Positions 1-12,753 of a DNA stretch of 64,000 bases are shown piece by piece. The DNA is from Mobula birostris. Its lineage: Eukaryota. The notes under the pieces are model-generated. The model saw only the letters and a list, made by a program, of their open reading frames with translations, did not search any database and had not been told where the DNA came from. The stretch covers positions 39,283,130 through 39,347,129 of the forward strand of contig NC_092375.1 of NCBI RefSeq assembly GCF_030028105.1, written 5' to 3'. Numbering within the stretch: position 1 is the first letter of the stretch; every line of letters starts with the position of its first letter. Position numbers and translations under genes: made by a program.

Positions 1-287
1 TTTCCCAATTTAGATGTTCTACCCACATCTGCTGGGGACTTCGTAGCAGGAAATAGATTCTACATTGCAACACATAGTGGAATTCCACGTAGCTAGGAAT
101 CAGGTGTTTAATCCATCCCCAGCTGGTGGATTCAGCTGCTACTCAGAAGAAAACAAGTTCATCAACTTCTATTGCACATGATTCACCTGGCACAAACTTG
201 AAGTGCCCCCTCCCATCAAACAATATTAATAGCAAAAGGGTTTTGCTTTTAAAACAAAACTAAGGTCAGACATCATACATTACTTAC

Positions 288-329
288 AGAATAGGTGTCA
301 CTAGTAGCTGCAGCATTACTTCTTTCATT
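288..329 (-). CDS. CD247: CD247-family cytoplasmic exon (42 nt, phase 0-0), [14 protein letters not shown]; probably carries the first tyrosine of an ITAM
   Basis: Strong acceptor (ttctcattttgctctcttttAG) and donor (tct|GTAAGTA). Splices in frame to the TM exon, which ends in phase 0 (...KLR|NERS...). It ends in Y-x, as CD247 exons do where the first YxxL of an ITAM is split by an intron. Confidence 0.7.
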
Positions 330-1251
330 CTAAAAGAGAGCAAAATGAGAATTGGTGTAGAAAACCACACTGTTTTATTAATTAAAGACCTTGTACCAGC
401 AAAATTAGATAGGACTGTGTGATCAAAACTTTTTCCTTAGGTGAACAACTGCCTGATCGGCCTTTTCAGTTGGTTAATTCCATTTAATGGGTCTTTCATG
501 GTCCTAAGACCTCAGATTTGCACATTAAGTTTAAAACTGCTTTTCAAATGATGCCACGGAAGATATGTGAAAGATAACTCACAAAAGCAAGTTTGAAATT
601 CTGTGTGCATAGTGTTGCCAATAATCATCTACAGACATAAGAGGCAGGTTGCAGTGGAGAGTATTGACCTCACTGATAAAGATTCTGGCAGTTTCTGTAA
701 GTCACCACTGGGAGGAACCCTCCAAATAGTTCAAACAGCATGCAGGCCCGACACAAGTTCAGACATGACTGTAACTTTAGGACTACCTGATGAAAGTAAA
801 GTCACCATACAGCATTGTTCGTCAGCATATAATAGAATGTAATCTGTAGGTCCTTGATATGGCTGATATATGTACTCGTTGAGTTTAAACCTCTGTACTT
901 AATTTCATGTCCACAGAGCTCTACTGTTTGGGATTCCAAAGAAATTTCTTACCTCACTCTATATGAGTGATTGCTTCCTCCAAAACAAAGCTCCCCAGTA
1001 ATGGAAACATACTCTCAGCTCCTTTGTCATTGAGGTTCTTCAGAATCAGTGATACTTCTGTAATTCTTCCAAACTCCAGAAAATATGAACTTAATCTGTC
1101 TTCACTCATAACGTAACTTCTCCATACCCAGAAACAATTCTAGTAACCCAGAGTGCCTCTAAGGCATGAGGAAACACTCACCATATCTACAACATTTTCC
1201 TTTTACAGTACACTAGATATGGTCTCATGCAAAATCATGCACACTTTTAGC

Positions 1252-1470
1252 AATGCACACAAAATGCTGGAGGAGCTTAGTAAGAAACTTCTCTATTTTG
1301 TATTTCATCTCACTTCCAAAAGAGATCAGAAATATCCTTATCAAAGTAAATACTGTAGATGCAGGAAATAGCAGATTGGGAAGCATGGAAAAAGGAAAAG
1401 TTAGCATTTCAATGACTTTCTTCATTCTAACTACACAGCAGATGTTGAGTTTCAACAGCTCTATCATGTG
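1252..1470. repeat. Decayed Penelope-like element (PLE) terminal fragments
   Basis: CACAAAATGCTGGAGGA motif and degenerate arms resembling the PLE ends at 16786-17836. Confidence 0.4.
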
Positions 1471-1984
1471 AGTTTAATATCCTCTTCACTTATTATTCCT
1501 TATCTTCATCATCCCAACAGACCTCCCCCTCCTATATTCTAAATTCTTTCCTCTGTTTCAATCATCTTCACTCACACCTCAGTGACTGCCAGCTTGATTT
1601 GATGAACTCCTTCACTACTGCCTTTGGCTCCTTACCTATGGGTACATCCCAGTTCTTTTGCTTAGAGCCTCTTTGATCCACCCAGATCTCCCCCCACTTC
1701 CCCCCCCCCACCCCCAGTCCTCTGCTGATTGCATTTCTGGTGTAGACTGGTTGTCTTATGTCTGTCTGGAATGGGTTCCTCCTTCATGGAAAAAATGGGA
1801 AAACAAAATACCCGCTTTGGTCCACTTCCGCCCTCTGCATCGTGCTGTCGTTTGAACCTAAGGTCTGAATAGGCGTCCTGATTCTTCTTTTGCAAGCGCT
1901 GTAAAAAAATTCTTATATTATTCTTATTGTAATTAACATAATATTTCACCAAAGTATGCAATGAAATACTAATAACATCTTTGA

Positions 1985-2105
1985 GAAAACCTGGGCAACA
2001 CACACAGCAAGCCAGGCAGCATCTATGGAAAAGAGTACTGTTGACCATTCTTCATCAGGGTGTGTGTTGCTTGGATTTCCAGCAACTGCAGATTTTATCT
2101 CCCTT
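1985..2105. repeat. Collapsed PLE-derived palindromic mini-element
   Basis: gccaggcagcatctatggaaaagagtac...cttcatcagg joined to tgtgtgttgcttggatttccagca; same motifs as 10384-10609 and 20280-20540. Confidence 0.65.
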
Positions 2106-3293
2106 GAGAAAATCCAGTGGTTCAATACGATTCATAGGCTTGTTTTCGTTAATCAATTTTATTTATTCCTTTTTATAATCTTAACCAGCAAAGCAATAAA
2201 TAAAACATTAAAATATTGCAAGTACAAAGTAAATAATTGGATTTACCTTTTACCTTCTATTCAGAAATTCCCATTCATGTTGATATTCCAATCTTGCAAT
2301 TGGATTGGCTGGTATAGGCTCACAGAGATGGATTCCCCAGTGTAACAATGGGCTCCTTTACTGGAATCCACATCTAGCAACTGAGTAGAGTGACAGGTGT
2401 GCTAATAGCTGTCATGTTTTGCAGCTATAACACCGGTCATCACTGAGAATGGTCTGTTATTGACCCATCAGTTAAAAGAACAATGTGCATGCTGTCAAGG
2501 AGCAAGCCTAAGATAGAAACAAATTGCTAGAGGCAGCTAAACTTCAGCGTATTCTACAGTTCCTCTTACTAGTAATAATGAATTCAGAACCACTGGTCAT
2601 AGTAGGCAGAATGTGGCAAGAGTGAGAGGGATGCAATATGGTACAGTACTGCATTTTAACAGAATCCATTCAAACTTATTGACAAGCTGGACTGAAGGAT
2701 CCAGTATCGACATCAAATAGAATTTGCTGGTAAAATATGTATGTTGTCTTATTACAGAATTTTCTTGACTCCCTGTTAAAGTGAGCCAACACATTCTATT
2801 GCCATGCAAGCTCAAACTGCTGTTTTCTTGTACATATCACTTGTGCATGGTATCAATAATCCTGGAGCATGGATTTCTGCTCTAACCTGAAAATGGTTCC
2901 TGAGCTCAAAGCACATCCAGCTTTCCTAAGATCTTCAATAGTGGGATTAAACAGTCTTTTCTGTGACACTGGACTGCAAATAAATCTTGTAACATAATAA
3001 CCACCGAAATGTATCTAATATAGGAGAGTCTAAGTAGTTACATACTTCATATGCGCTTTCCATATTTGGCTGGATCACAGGAGCATCCTCCAATTTGCCT
3101 TTTGCCTTGGTCAGCTTTAAAAACAAAATGAAGATTGCTTGAATCTATCAGTCCTAATGCCTGAAATAAATATATTTACAATTTGGTTATAAATTATATT
3201 CATATTTCAAAGCTCAAGAAGGGATCATACAGTATGGTCAAGTGAAATAGGAATTGATATGAAAGGTGAGGGGAGTAATGAATTAAAAGTATT

Positions 3294-5120
3294 ATAGAAA
3301 CATAGAAACATAGAAAATAGGTGCAGGAGTAGGCCATTCGGCCCTTCGAGCACCGCCATTTATTATGATCATGGCTGATCATCCAACTCAGAACCCCGCC
3401 CCAGCCTTCCCGTCATACCCCCTGACCCCCGTAGCCACAAAGGCCATATCTAACTCCCTCTTAAATATAGCCAATGAACTGGCCTCAACTGCTTCCTGTG
3501 GCAGAGAATTCCACAGATTCACACTCTCTGTGTGAAGAAGTTTTTCCTAATCTCGGTCCTAAAAGGCTTCCCCTCTATCCTCAAACTGTGGCCCCTCGTT
3601 CTGGACTTCCCCAACATCGGGAACAATCTTCCTGCATCTAGCCTGTCCAATCCCTTTAGGATCTTATACATTTCAATCAGATCCCCCCTCAATCTTCTAA
3701 ATTCCAACGAGTACAAGCCCAGTTCATCCAGTCTTTCTTCATATGAAAGTCCTGCCATCCCAGGAATCAATCTGGTGAACCTTCTTTGTACTCCCTCCAT
3801 GGCAAGGATGTCTTTCCTCAGATTAGGGGTCAAAACTGCACACAATACTCCAGGTGTGGTCTCACCAAGGCCTTGTACAACTGCAGTAGTACCTCCCTGC
3901 TCCTGTACTCGAATCCTCTCGCTATAAATGCCGGCATACCATTCGCCTTTTTCACCGCCTGCTGTAGCTGTATGCCCACTTTCAATGACTGGTGTATAAT
4001 GACACCCAGGTCTCGTTGCACTTCCCCTTTTCCTAATCGGCCACCATTCAGATAATAATCTGTTTTCCTATTTTTGCCACCAAAGTGGATAACTTCACAT
4101 TTATCCACATTAAATTGCATCTGCCATGAATTTGCCCACTCACCCAACCTATCCAAGTCACCCTGCATCCTCTTAGCATCCTCCTCACAGCTAACACTGC
4201 CCCCCAGCTTCGTGTCATCCGCAAACTTGATGCTGTATTTAATTCCCTCATCCAAGTCATTAATATATATTGTAAATAACTGGGGTCCCAGCACTGAGCC
4301 TTGCGGTACCCCACTAGTCACCGCCTGCCATTCTGAAAAGGTCCCGTTTATTTCCACTCTTTGCTTCCTGTCTGCTAACCAACTCTCCACCCACACCAAT
4401 ACATTACCCCCAATACCGTGTGCTTTAAGTTTGCACACTAATCTCCTGTGTGGGACCTTGTCAAAAGCCTTCTGAAAATCCAAATATACCACATCCACAG
4501 GTTCTCCCCTATCCACTCTACTAGTTACATCCTCAAAAAATTCTATGAGATTCGTCAGGCATGATTTTCCTTTCACAAATCCATGCTGACTTTGTCCGAT
4601 GATTTCACCGCTTTCCAAATGTGCTGTTATCACATCCTTGATAACTGACTCCAGCAGTTTCCCCACCACCGACGTTAGGCTAACCGGTCTATAGTTCCCC
4701 GGTTTCTCTCTCCCTCCTTTTTTAAAAAGTGGAGTTACATTAGCCACCCTCCAATCCTCAGGAACCAGTCCAGAATCTAACGAGTTTTGAAAAATCATCA
4801 CTAATGCATCCACTATTTCTTGGGCTACTTCCTTAAGCACTCTGGGATGCAGACCATCTGGCCCTGGGGATTTATCTGCCTTCAATCCCTTCAATTTACC
4901 TAACACCACTTCCCTACTAACATGTATTTCGCTCAGTTCCTCCATCTCACTGGACCCTCTGTCCCCTACTATTTCTGGAAGATTATTCATGTCCTCCTTA
5001 GTGAAGACAGAACCAAAGTAATTATTCAATTGGTCTGCCATGTCCTTGCTCCCTATAATCAATTCACCTGTTTCTGTCTGCAGGGGACCTACATTTGTCT
5101 TTACCAGTCTTTTCCTTTAT
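3294..5120 (-). mobile_element. CR1-clade LINE, 5'-truncated, relatively young (RT domain to 3' tail)
   Basis: ORFs 3830..5062 and 3519..3845 contain YRPVSLTS, LDFQKAFDKVPH, GVPQGSVLGP and KFADDTK. The 3' stem-loop GGGCCGAATGGCC is followed by a (TTTCTATG)n tail. Confidence 0.96.
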
Positions 5121-5127
5121 ACAGTAT

Positions 5128-7949
5128 ATGATTGCATGAAGTATAAGAAATAAAGTAGATGAGCTTGAGACACAGTTGGAAATTGGCAAGTATGATGTTG
5201 TGGGGATAACAGAAACGTGGCTTCAAGTGGACAGGGCCTAGGAAATGAATATTCAAGGGTATACATCCTATCAAAAGGACAAACTGATGGGCAGAGGGGG
5301 TGGGGTGGCTCTGTTGGTGAGGAATGATATTCAGTCCCTTGCGAGGGGGGGACATAGAATCAGGAGATGTAGAGTCAGTATGGATAGAACTGAGTAATTC
5401 TAAGGGTAGAAAGACCCTAATAGTTATCTACAAGCCCCCAAAAAGTAGTCTGGATGTAGGGTGCAAGTTGAATCAAGAGTTAAAATTGGCATGTTGCAAA
5501 GGTAATGCTACAGTTGTTATGGGGGATTTCAACATGCAGATAGACTGGAGGAATCAGGTTGGTACTGGACCCCAAGAAAGGGAGTTTGTGGAGTCCCTCT
5601 GAGATGGATTCTTAGAACAGCTTGTACTGGAGCCTACCAGAGAGAAGCAAATTCTAGATTTAATGTTGTGCAATGAACCGGATTTGATCAGGGACCTCAA
5701 GGTAAAGGAACCATTAGGAGGTAGTGACCATAATATGATAAGTTTTAATCTACAAATTGAGAGGGAGAAGGGAAAATCAGAAGTGTCAGTATTACATTTG
5801 AACAAAGGGAACTATGGTGCTATGAGGGAGGAGCTGGCCAAAGTTCAACGGAACAATATCCTAGCAGGGATGACAGTGGAACAGCAATGGCAAGTGTTTC
5901 TGGGAATAATGCAGAAAGTGCAGGATCAGTTCATTCCAAAGAGGAAGAAAGATCCTAAGGGGAGGCCATGGCTGACAAGGGAAGTAAAGGACAGTATAAA
6001 AATAAAAGAGAAGAAGTATAACATAGCAAAGATGAGCAGGAAGCCGAAGAATTGGGAAACTTTTAAAGAGCAACAGAAGATAACTAAAAAGGCAATACGT
6101 GGAGAAAAAATGAGGTACGAAGGTAAACTAGCCAAGAATATAAAGGAGGCTAGTGAAAGCTTCTTTAGGTATGTGAAAAGGAAAAAAATAGTTAAGACTA
6201 AAATTGGGCCCTTGAAGACAGAAACGGGTGAAATTATTATGGGGAACAAGGAAGTAGCAGACGAGTTGAACAGGTACTTTGGATCTGTCTTCACTAGGGA
6301 AGACACAAACATTCTCCCAGATATAATAGTAGCCAAAGGACCTAGGGTAATGGATGAACTGAAGGAAATTTATATTAGGCAGAAAATGGTGTTGGATAGA
6401 CTGTTGGGTCTGAAGGCTGATAAGTCCCCGGGACCTGATGGTCTGCATCCCAGGGTACTTAAGGAGGTGGCTTTAGAAATCATGGACGCATTGGTAATCA
6501 TTTTCCAATGTTCTATAGATTCAGGATCAGTTCCTGTAGATTGGAGGGTGGCTAATGTTGTCCCAGTTTTCAAGAAAGGAGGGGGAGAGAAAACGGGGAA
6601 TTATAGACCGGTTAGCCTGACGTCAGTGGTGGGAAAGATGCTGGAGTCAATTATGAAAGATGAAATTACAACACATTTGGATAGCAGTAACAGGATAGGT
6701 CCGAGTCAGCATGGATTTACGAAGGGGAAATCATGCTTGACTAATCTTCTGGAATTTTTTGAGGCTGTAACTATGAAAATGGACAAGGGAGAGCCAATGG
6801 ATGTAGTGTACCTGGACTTTCAGAAAGCCTTTGATAAAGTCCCACATAGGAGACTAGTGGGCAAAATTAGGGCACATGGTGTTGGGGGCAGAGCACTGAC
6901 ATGGATTGAAAATTGGCTGGCTGACAGGAAACAAAGAGTAGTGATTAACAGGTCCCAGTGGGGTACTGCAGTGTTCAGAGCTGGGACCACAGCTGTTTAC
7001 AACATACATTAATGATTTGGATGAAGGGATTAAAAGTAACATTAGCAAATTTGCAGATGACACAAAGCTGGATGGCAGTGTGAAATGTGAGGAGAATGCA
7101 GGGTGACTTGGACAGGCTGGGTGAGGGGGCGGATGCATGGCAGATGCAGTTTAATGTGGATAAATGTGAGGTTATCCACTTTGGTGGTAAGAACAGGAAG
7201 GCAGGTTATTATCTAAGTGGAGTCAAGTTAGGAAAAGGGGAAGTACAACAAGATCTAGATGTTCTTGGACATCAGTCACTGAAAGCAAACATGCAGGTAC
7301 AGCAGGCAGTGAAGAAAGCTAATGGCATGCTGGCCTTCATAACAAGGGGAATTGAGTATAGGAGCAAAGAGGTCCTTCTGCAGCTGTACAGGGCCCTGGT
7401 GAGACCACAAATGGAGTATTGTGTGCAGTTTTGGTCTCCAAATTTGAGGAAGGACATTCTTGCTATTGAGGGAGTGCAGTGTAGGTTCACAAGGTTAATT
7501 CCCGGGGTGGCGGGACTGTCATATGTTGAAAGATTGGAGCGACTGGGCTTGTATACTCTGGAATTTAGAAGGATGAGAGGGGATCTGATTGAAACATATA
7601 AGATTATTAAGGGATTGGACACGCTGGAGGCAGGAAGCATGTTCCCGCTGATGGGTGAGTCCAGAACCAGAGGCCACAGTTTAAGAATAAGGGGTAGGCC
7701 ATTTAGAATGGAGTTGAGGAAAAACTTTTTCACCCAGAGAGTGGTGGATATATGGAATGCTCTGCCCCAGAAGGCAGTGGAAGCCAAGTCTCTGGATGTT
7801 TTCAAGATAGAGATGGATAGAGTTCTTAAAGATAGTGGAATCAAAGGTTATGGGGATAAGGCAGGAACTGGATACTGATTGTGGATGATCAGCCATGATC
7901 ACAGTGAATGGCGGTGGGCCAAATGGCCTACTCCTGCACCTATTGTCTA
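5128..7949 (+). mobile_element. CR1-clade LINE, 5'-truncated (APE endonuclease, RT, 3' end), frameshifted
   Basis: Endonuclease motifs (ETW, VYKPP, MGDFN, SDHN), RT motifs in 5663..7012 and 7087..7878, 3' end CCTACTCCTGCACCTATTGTCTA. Confidence 0.96.
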
Positions 7950-8901
7950 GAACAGAAAGATTTTCTTACTACAAATCTGGCTGAAATTTTTATAATCAAA
8001 TTACCGTTTGGAGATTTTGCATTTTTGAATTAACAACCTTGTCTAAATTGTTGAAGGAAACTGCCACTTGTACATTTCCAAAAGATAGTGCCTGGAGAAT
8101 TTCAATTAGATTACTAGAGGTACTCTAATTTATATGCTGAGTTCATATTCATATGGTGTTAAAATGATAACAAAATAACCAAACGATTTGTGTGAATGTT
8201 TTTCACAAAATATCATGCACTAACAAAAAAAGTAACCAGTGATGTTAAAAAGTTATCTCCAAACATTGATTTATCTTGAATAAGTCCTATAACAGAAATT
8301 GCAAGTAAGGGAAATTATATGGGGCTAAGGACTAATTATTTAAATTTACACTCCAGCATGCTCTCTCTCCTGAGATTTGCATAACCCCACTTCCATTCTT
8401 CATTACACCCTCTTGTCTACATCATTTCCACGCATTGTTCATCCACCCACCAACCAAACTTGTACTACATTCCTCATTCCCCCTTTTCTAGTCTCTTTAT
8501 TAATACATGCTCTTTCTCCACCCCCACAATGCCTCACTCCAGAACCAAATGTTCATCACCAAGGTTGTGTACAATAGGGGCTCACTGAAATTTCCTGTAC
8601 TAAAAATTAGAGTTGTTTGTCCAATGACACCTGTTGTCAGTAGGACTTGGTTAATCTGTACAGGCGGTGGATGTTAGTGAGGAATTTTAGTCAAGGATTG
8701 TGGTGTTATATGAGTGAGGAACTTGCCCCAAATCTCTGCCTCTCCAGAATGATACTTGCAGCCCACTTTGGGTTGATACCTATAATATAAAACCCTACTT
8801 TATCCAAAATTTTGGAAGGAACGCAATGCCATTGGAGTGCCACCAACCTCTTTCTGTGTGGGTCCTTGGAAGCTGACATATCACATATTTAAATAACTTA
8901 C

Positions 8902-9005
8902 CCTTAGTTTAAGGTAGAGAGCAGTGATTATGATTCCATACACAAAGAGAACTCCATCAAGAATGTAACATAGCTTAGGGTCATTCAGGGTCATACTGTC
9001 AGCAT
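8902..9005 (-). CDS. CD247: T-cell receptor zeta chain (CD3-zeta) family transmembrane exon: (x)[34 protein letters not shown]
   Basis: Acceptor gccttttttgtttttaatttgatAG, donor agg|GTAAGT, 104 nt, phase 1 to 0. The translation aligns without gaps to human CD247 exon 2 as recalled ([35 protein letters not shown]). The dimerising Cys and intramembrane Asp are kept. DPKL fits CD247 better than FcR-gamma (EPQL). Confidence 0.88.
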
Positions 9006-10383
9006 CTATCAAATTAAAAACAAAAAAGGCTGATCAACCACTTTTCTAATCAATATTTAATGTTCCAATAATGATTCTTCTGTACACAGTCAATAGTTTT
9101 CAACAGGTAACCATAATTGCATTTCCTTTCAATACTGAAAGCTGATTGGTGAATGTGATGATTATATTAATAATATTTGGTTCAACACCTGGTTTGATCA
9201 GTTGATCATGGTAAAATTGGTGATTGCTAAGCCAGATATAATCTTGGAAAATTTAAAACAGATTACATTTTGCATTTTTCAAAAAAGGTCAGGGACAAAA
9301 GTATTCTGTGATATTAAAGTGCTTTTCATCATACTGCTGTACTTCCTGGCCTGTTGAATTAACTGGTCTTTCCTATCATGTGTGCACCCATATGCTGTAA
9401 TGTCTGATATTGCTCCAATTAGCCTTTATGTTGTGGGTACACTCATTTATACAATTGTTGTCACCAAAAAACTACACCATGTAAAATGTTTGTCACAGTT
9501 TACAAAATTAAGCTCCAAAATAACTGAGGCAGTATTCTTTACTATAACAATATGATAGGTTACCACATTGTTCTGTTGTTCCTCCAAGTCACCTGAATAT
9601 TTCAAATTTAAAATTCTCTTGATCTTGCCCAGGGCTAAATTAGAATTCTCTCATTCTTCATCTACCTTTCTGCAATGATCGTTGGCAGTCATGCTACGCT
9701 ATCCTCTGGAATACACCCATTGAACATTTATTCACCTTTTCCTCTCTTCCTTTAACTTGCTCCTTAAAACCCACCACACCGATTTAAAAAAAAGATTTGA
9801 TGACCTTTCTAATATCAAGTTCTTTTGCTTCATGTCCGTTCTGATTGTTTTGCTATGAAGTGGTGTACTTTTGGTGTTTGGCAAAGTTATCTGATTTCAT
9901 CATGTAGATATTATCCAGTTTTAGAAATAATTGGTCAATTTCAAAACTGCACAAGTCAAACTGTTTCAGAGAAATTATTCCATCCATTAAAGATTGAAAT
10001 TGAGAAATCTCTATCTACCTAAGAGGGCTGGCAGTGAGCCAGAAACTTATGCTGAAGATTGTTTTCTCCAGGGGCCCACGGCTTCTACTAGTGCTCATGT
10101 GGTCTCAAAAGATCAGAGCACAAAATGTAGGCTGATGCGAGAAGTGCCGTTGAGAGAAGGCTGCACTTTATAAGGGTCATCCTTCAGATGATATATCAAA
10201 TGAAGCCCAAGCTGTTAACAGAGTTGGAGAAAGAATTAGGTAAACACTATTTTATGGAATTAACTATTGTGCCCCAATGAATATTTAACTCAATCAAAAT
10301 TACTGAATAAACAGATATTCTGACAACTATCATGTTGCTTTTTGTGGAAACCTATTCCCAGAAACTGGGAGTCCTGATTCCTT

Positions 10384-10609
10384 GCAACCCACGCAGAATG
10401 CTGGGAGAAACTCAGCAGGTCAGGCAGCATATATGGAAGAGAGTACAGTCGATGTTTCAGGCTGAGAGCCTTCATCAGGACTCATGAAAGATCTGGGCCC
10501 AAAACGTCGATGGTGCTCTCTTCCATAGATGCTGCCTGGCCTGCTGAGCTCCTCCAGCATTCTGTGTGTGTTGGTTGGATTTCCAGCATCTACAGATTTT
10601 CTCCTGTTT
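10384..10609. mobile_element. PLE-derived palindromic mini-element with two inward-facing hammerhead ribozyme motifs and a 13-bp TSD
   Basis: Inverted arms of ~95 bp. Flanked by gtcctgattcctt (10371-10383) and gtccggattcctt (10610-10622), 12/13 identical. Confidence 0.85.
10447..10482 (-). ncRNA. Minimal type I hammerhead ribozyme motif, partly decayed
   Basis: Reads AGUC-CUGAUGA-AGGC(UCUCA)GCCU-GAAAC-AUC-GACU. Core intact; stem III has a C-A mismatch. Confidence 0.6.
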
Positions 10610-10762
10610 GTCCGGATTCCTTCATTACTTCACTGACTGTGGTTCCAGGAGTATTTCGTTAGCTATGAAGTTTTGGCAATATTCAGAAAGGAAATACTAA
10701 TTCTTTCTCCAACTCTGTGATATATTTGGCAATTCAAACCATCACTTTTAGAAACTAGATGT

Positions 10763-11032
10763 GTTTATTATTTTATTAATTTATCTATTTAGAGATACAG
10801 CAGTAACAAGCCCTTCCTGCCCAACAAAACTGCCACTGCCCAATTACACCCATGTGACCAATTGGCCTACTGACCCATGCGTCTTTGGAATATGGGACGA
10901 AACTGGAGCACCTGGTGGAAACTCATGTGATCACAGGGTGAACGTACACACTCCTTGTAGATAGTGGTGGAAATTGAAACCAGGTCACTGGCACTATAAA
11001 GCGTTACACTAACCGCTACATTACTGTGCTGC
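10763..11032 (-). mobile_element. tRNA-derived V-SINE (HE1-like)
   Basis: Minus-strand head GCAGCACAGTAATGTAGCGGTTAG...GGTTTCAATTTCC (A/B boxes), V-domain-like GTACGTTCACCCTGTGATCACATGAGTTTCC...GGTGCTCCAGTTTC, A-rich tail. Confidence 0.8.
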
Positions 11033-11329
11033 ACCCTGCTCTACTTGATCCAATGAGTTAATTTGTCCAGTAAGGGAAGAGCCACAGGGTACAGCAGAAC
11101 AGCACCTCCCGATCCCTTAAAACAGGCACAGATCTGACCGAGGATATAAAGCACTGACTACTCCTGTAATGAAGCGTAGTGACCTCTGGGTTGATCCTGC
11201 TAGCTCTGTGCTTGCCAGTGTTAATGGGAAATAACATTATACCAAAGCTATTGTGAAATTATAATCAAGAATGGGACATCGTAAAGTGCCTGTCCTACTG
11301 TACTGTAAAGACTTCTGTAAGCGGCCAAC

Positions 11330-12386
11330 AGTCTTTCCTTGACTTCCTAACCAGAAGACCACAATCTGTGCAGACTGGTGATAATATCTCCTCCTCGCTT
11401 ACAGTCAACACTGGCACACCTCAGAGGTGTGTGCTTAGCCCACTGCTCTACTCCCTCTATACCCACGACTGTGTGGTTAGGCATAGTTCAAATACCATTT
11501 GTAAATTTGCTGATGATACAACCGTAGAATCTCAGGTGGAGATGAGATGGCGTTAAGGAGTGAGATATACCAGCTAGTGGAGTGGTGTCACAGCAACAAC
11601 CTCGCACTCAATGTCAGAAAGATGAAAGAGCTGATTGTGAACTTCAGGAATGGTAAGACAAGGAAACACAAACCAATCCTCATAGAGGGATCAGAGGTGG
11701 AGAGAGTGAACAATTCCAAGTTCCTGGGTGTCAATATCTCCGAGAATCTAACCTGGTCCGAACATACAGTACCGATGCAGCCATAAAGAAAGCAAGACAG
11801 CAGCCATGTTTCAATAGCAGTTTGAAGAGATTTGGTTTGTCAACTAAAATACTCATAACTTCTATAGGTGTGTCGTGGAGAGCATTCTGACAGGCTGTAT
11901 CACTTTCTGGTATGGGGGTGCTACTGCACAGGGCTGAAAGGAGCCACTGAAAGTTGTAAAATTAGTCAGGTCTATCTTGGGTATTAGTCTCCGTAATACT
12001 CAAGACATCTTCAAGGAGCGGTGCCTCAGAAAGGCAATGTCCATTATTAAGAATCCCATCAGCTAGGGCATGCCCTCTTCTCATTGTTCCTGTCAGGAAG
12101 AAGGTACAGAAGCCTAAAGGTACACACTCAGCGATTCAGGAACAGCATCACCTCTGCCATATGATTCCAATATGGACAGTGAACCCCTTAACACTACCTC
12201 ACTTTTAAAAATATATATATTATTTTTGTTTTTGCACTATTTTAATCTATTCAATATATATATTTACTGTAATTGATTTACTTGTTTATGTTTTTCTTTC
12301 TATATTTTCATGTATTGCATTGAACTACTGCTGCTAAGTTAACAAATTTCACGCACATGCCGGTGTAATAAACCTGATTCTGATTC
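11330..12386 (+). mobile_element. Rex1/Babar-type LINE, 3' portion
   Basis: CVLSPLLYSLYTHDC...KFADDTT motif in ORF 11368..11556; 3' tail AATAAACCTGATTCTGATTC. Confidence 0.85.
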
Positions 12387-12753
12387 ACAAAATGGATGCT
12401 ATTCCATTTCTCTCTGCCCTAAGAAATTTTGTCCTGTCACTGCATTCTTTCTTTCTGCTTCTCTCTTTTCAATCTGACAATAATTGTTCACTATTTGCTT
12501 GTTGCAGTAGTCCGCATCAGTATCATGTGGTAAAGCTGACGTGTTTTTTTCAGAAGTTTCTGAAATTAAGGGATCCTTTACAAGATAAGAACAAAAGACT
12601 CTACACAGATAGAGCTTATTTGCCCCTTACAAAATCATGTCTGATCTTCTACCTTAAATATCACATTCCTGACTTGATTCCCATGTCTCTTCCTTCATTT
12701 AATATCTAAGTATCTATTAAATACAGAAATTTCTCCTTGTTTCATACCTAAAT

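Noticed and set aside
583-694. Minus-strand 112-nt candidate exon (TARIFISEVNTLHCNLPLMSVDDYWQHYAHRISNLL) with AG/GT ends
   Set aside because: It needs phases 1 and 2, which do not fit between the phase-0 CD247 exons. The phase-0 reading has a stop, the polypyrimidine tract is weak, and there is no ITAM-like content.
603-842. Plus ORF resembling a TM end plus basic juxtamembrane (CIVLPIIIYRHKRQ)
   Set aside because: Non-ATG start, an in-frame stop just upstream, no splice acceptor; likely chance.
3532-7844. Long opposite-strand ORFs (e.g. 3532..3927, 4074..4475, 7272..7844)
   Set aside because: Antisense shadows of CR1 ORF2, not independent genes.
9870-10014. Minus open frame IEISQFQSLMDGIISLKQFDLCSFEIDQLFLKLDNIY...
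   Set aside because: No convincing donor or polypyrimidine tract and no recognisable homology.
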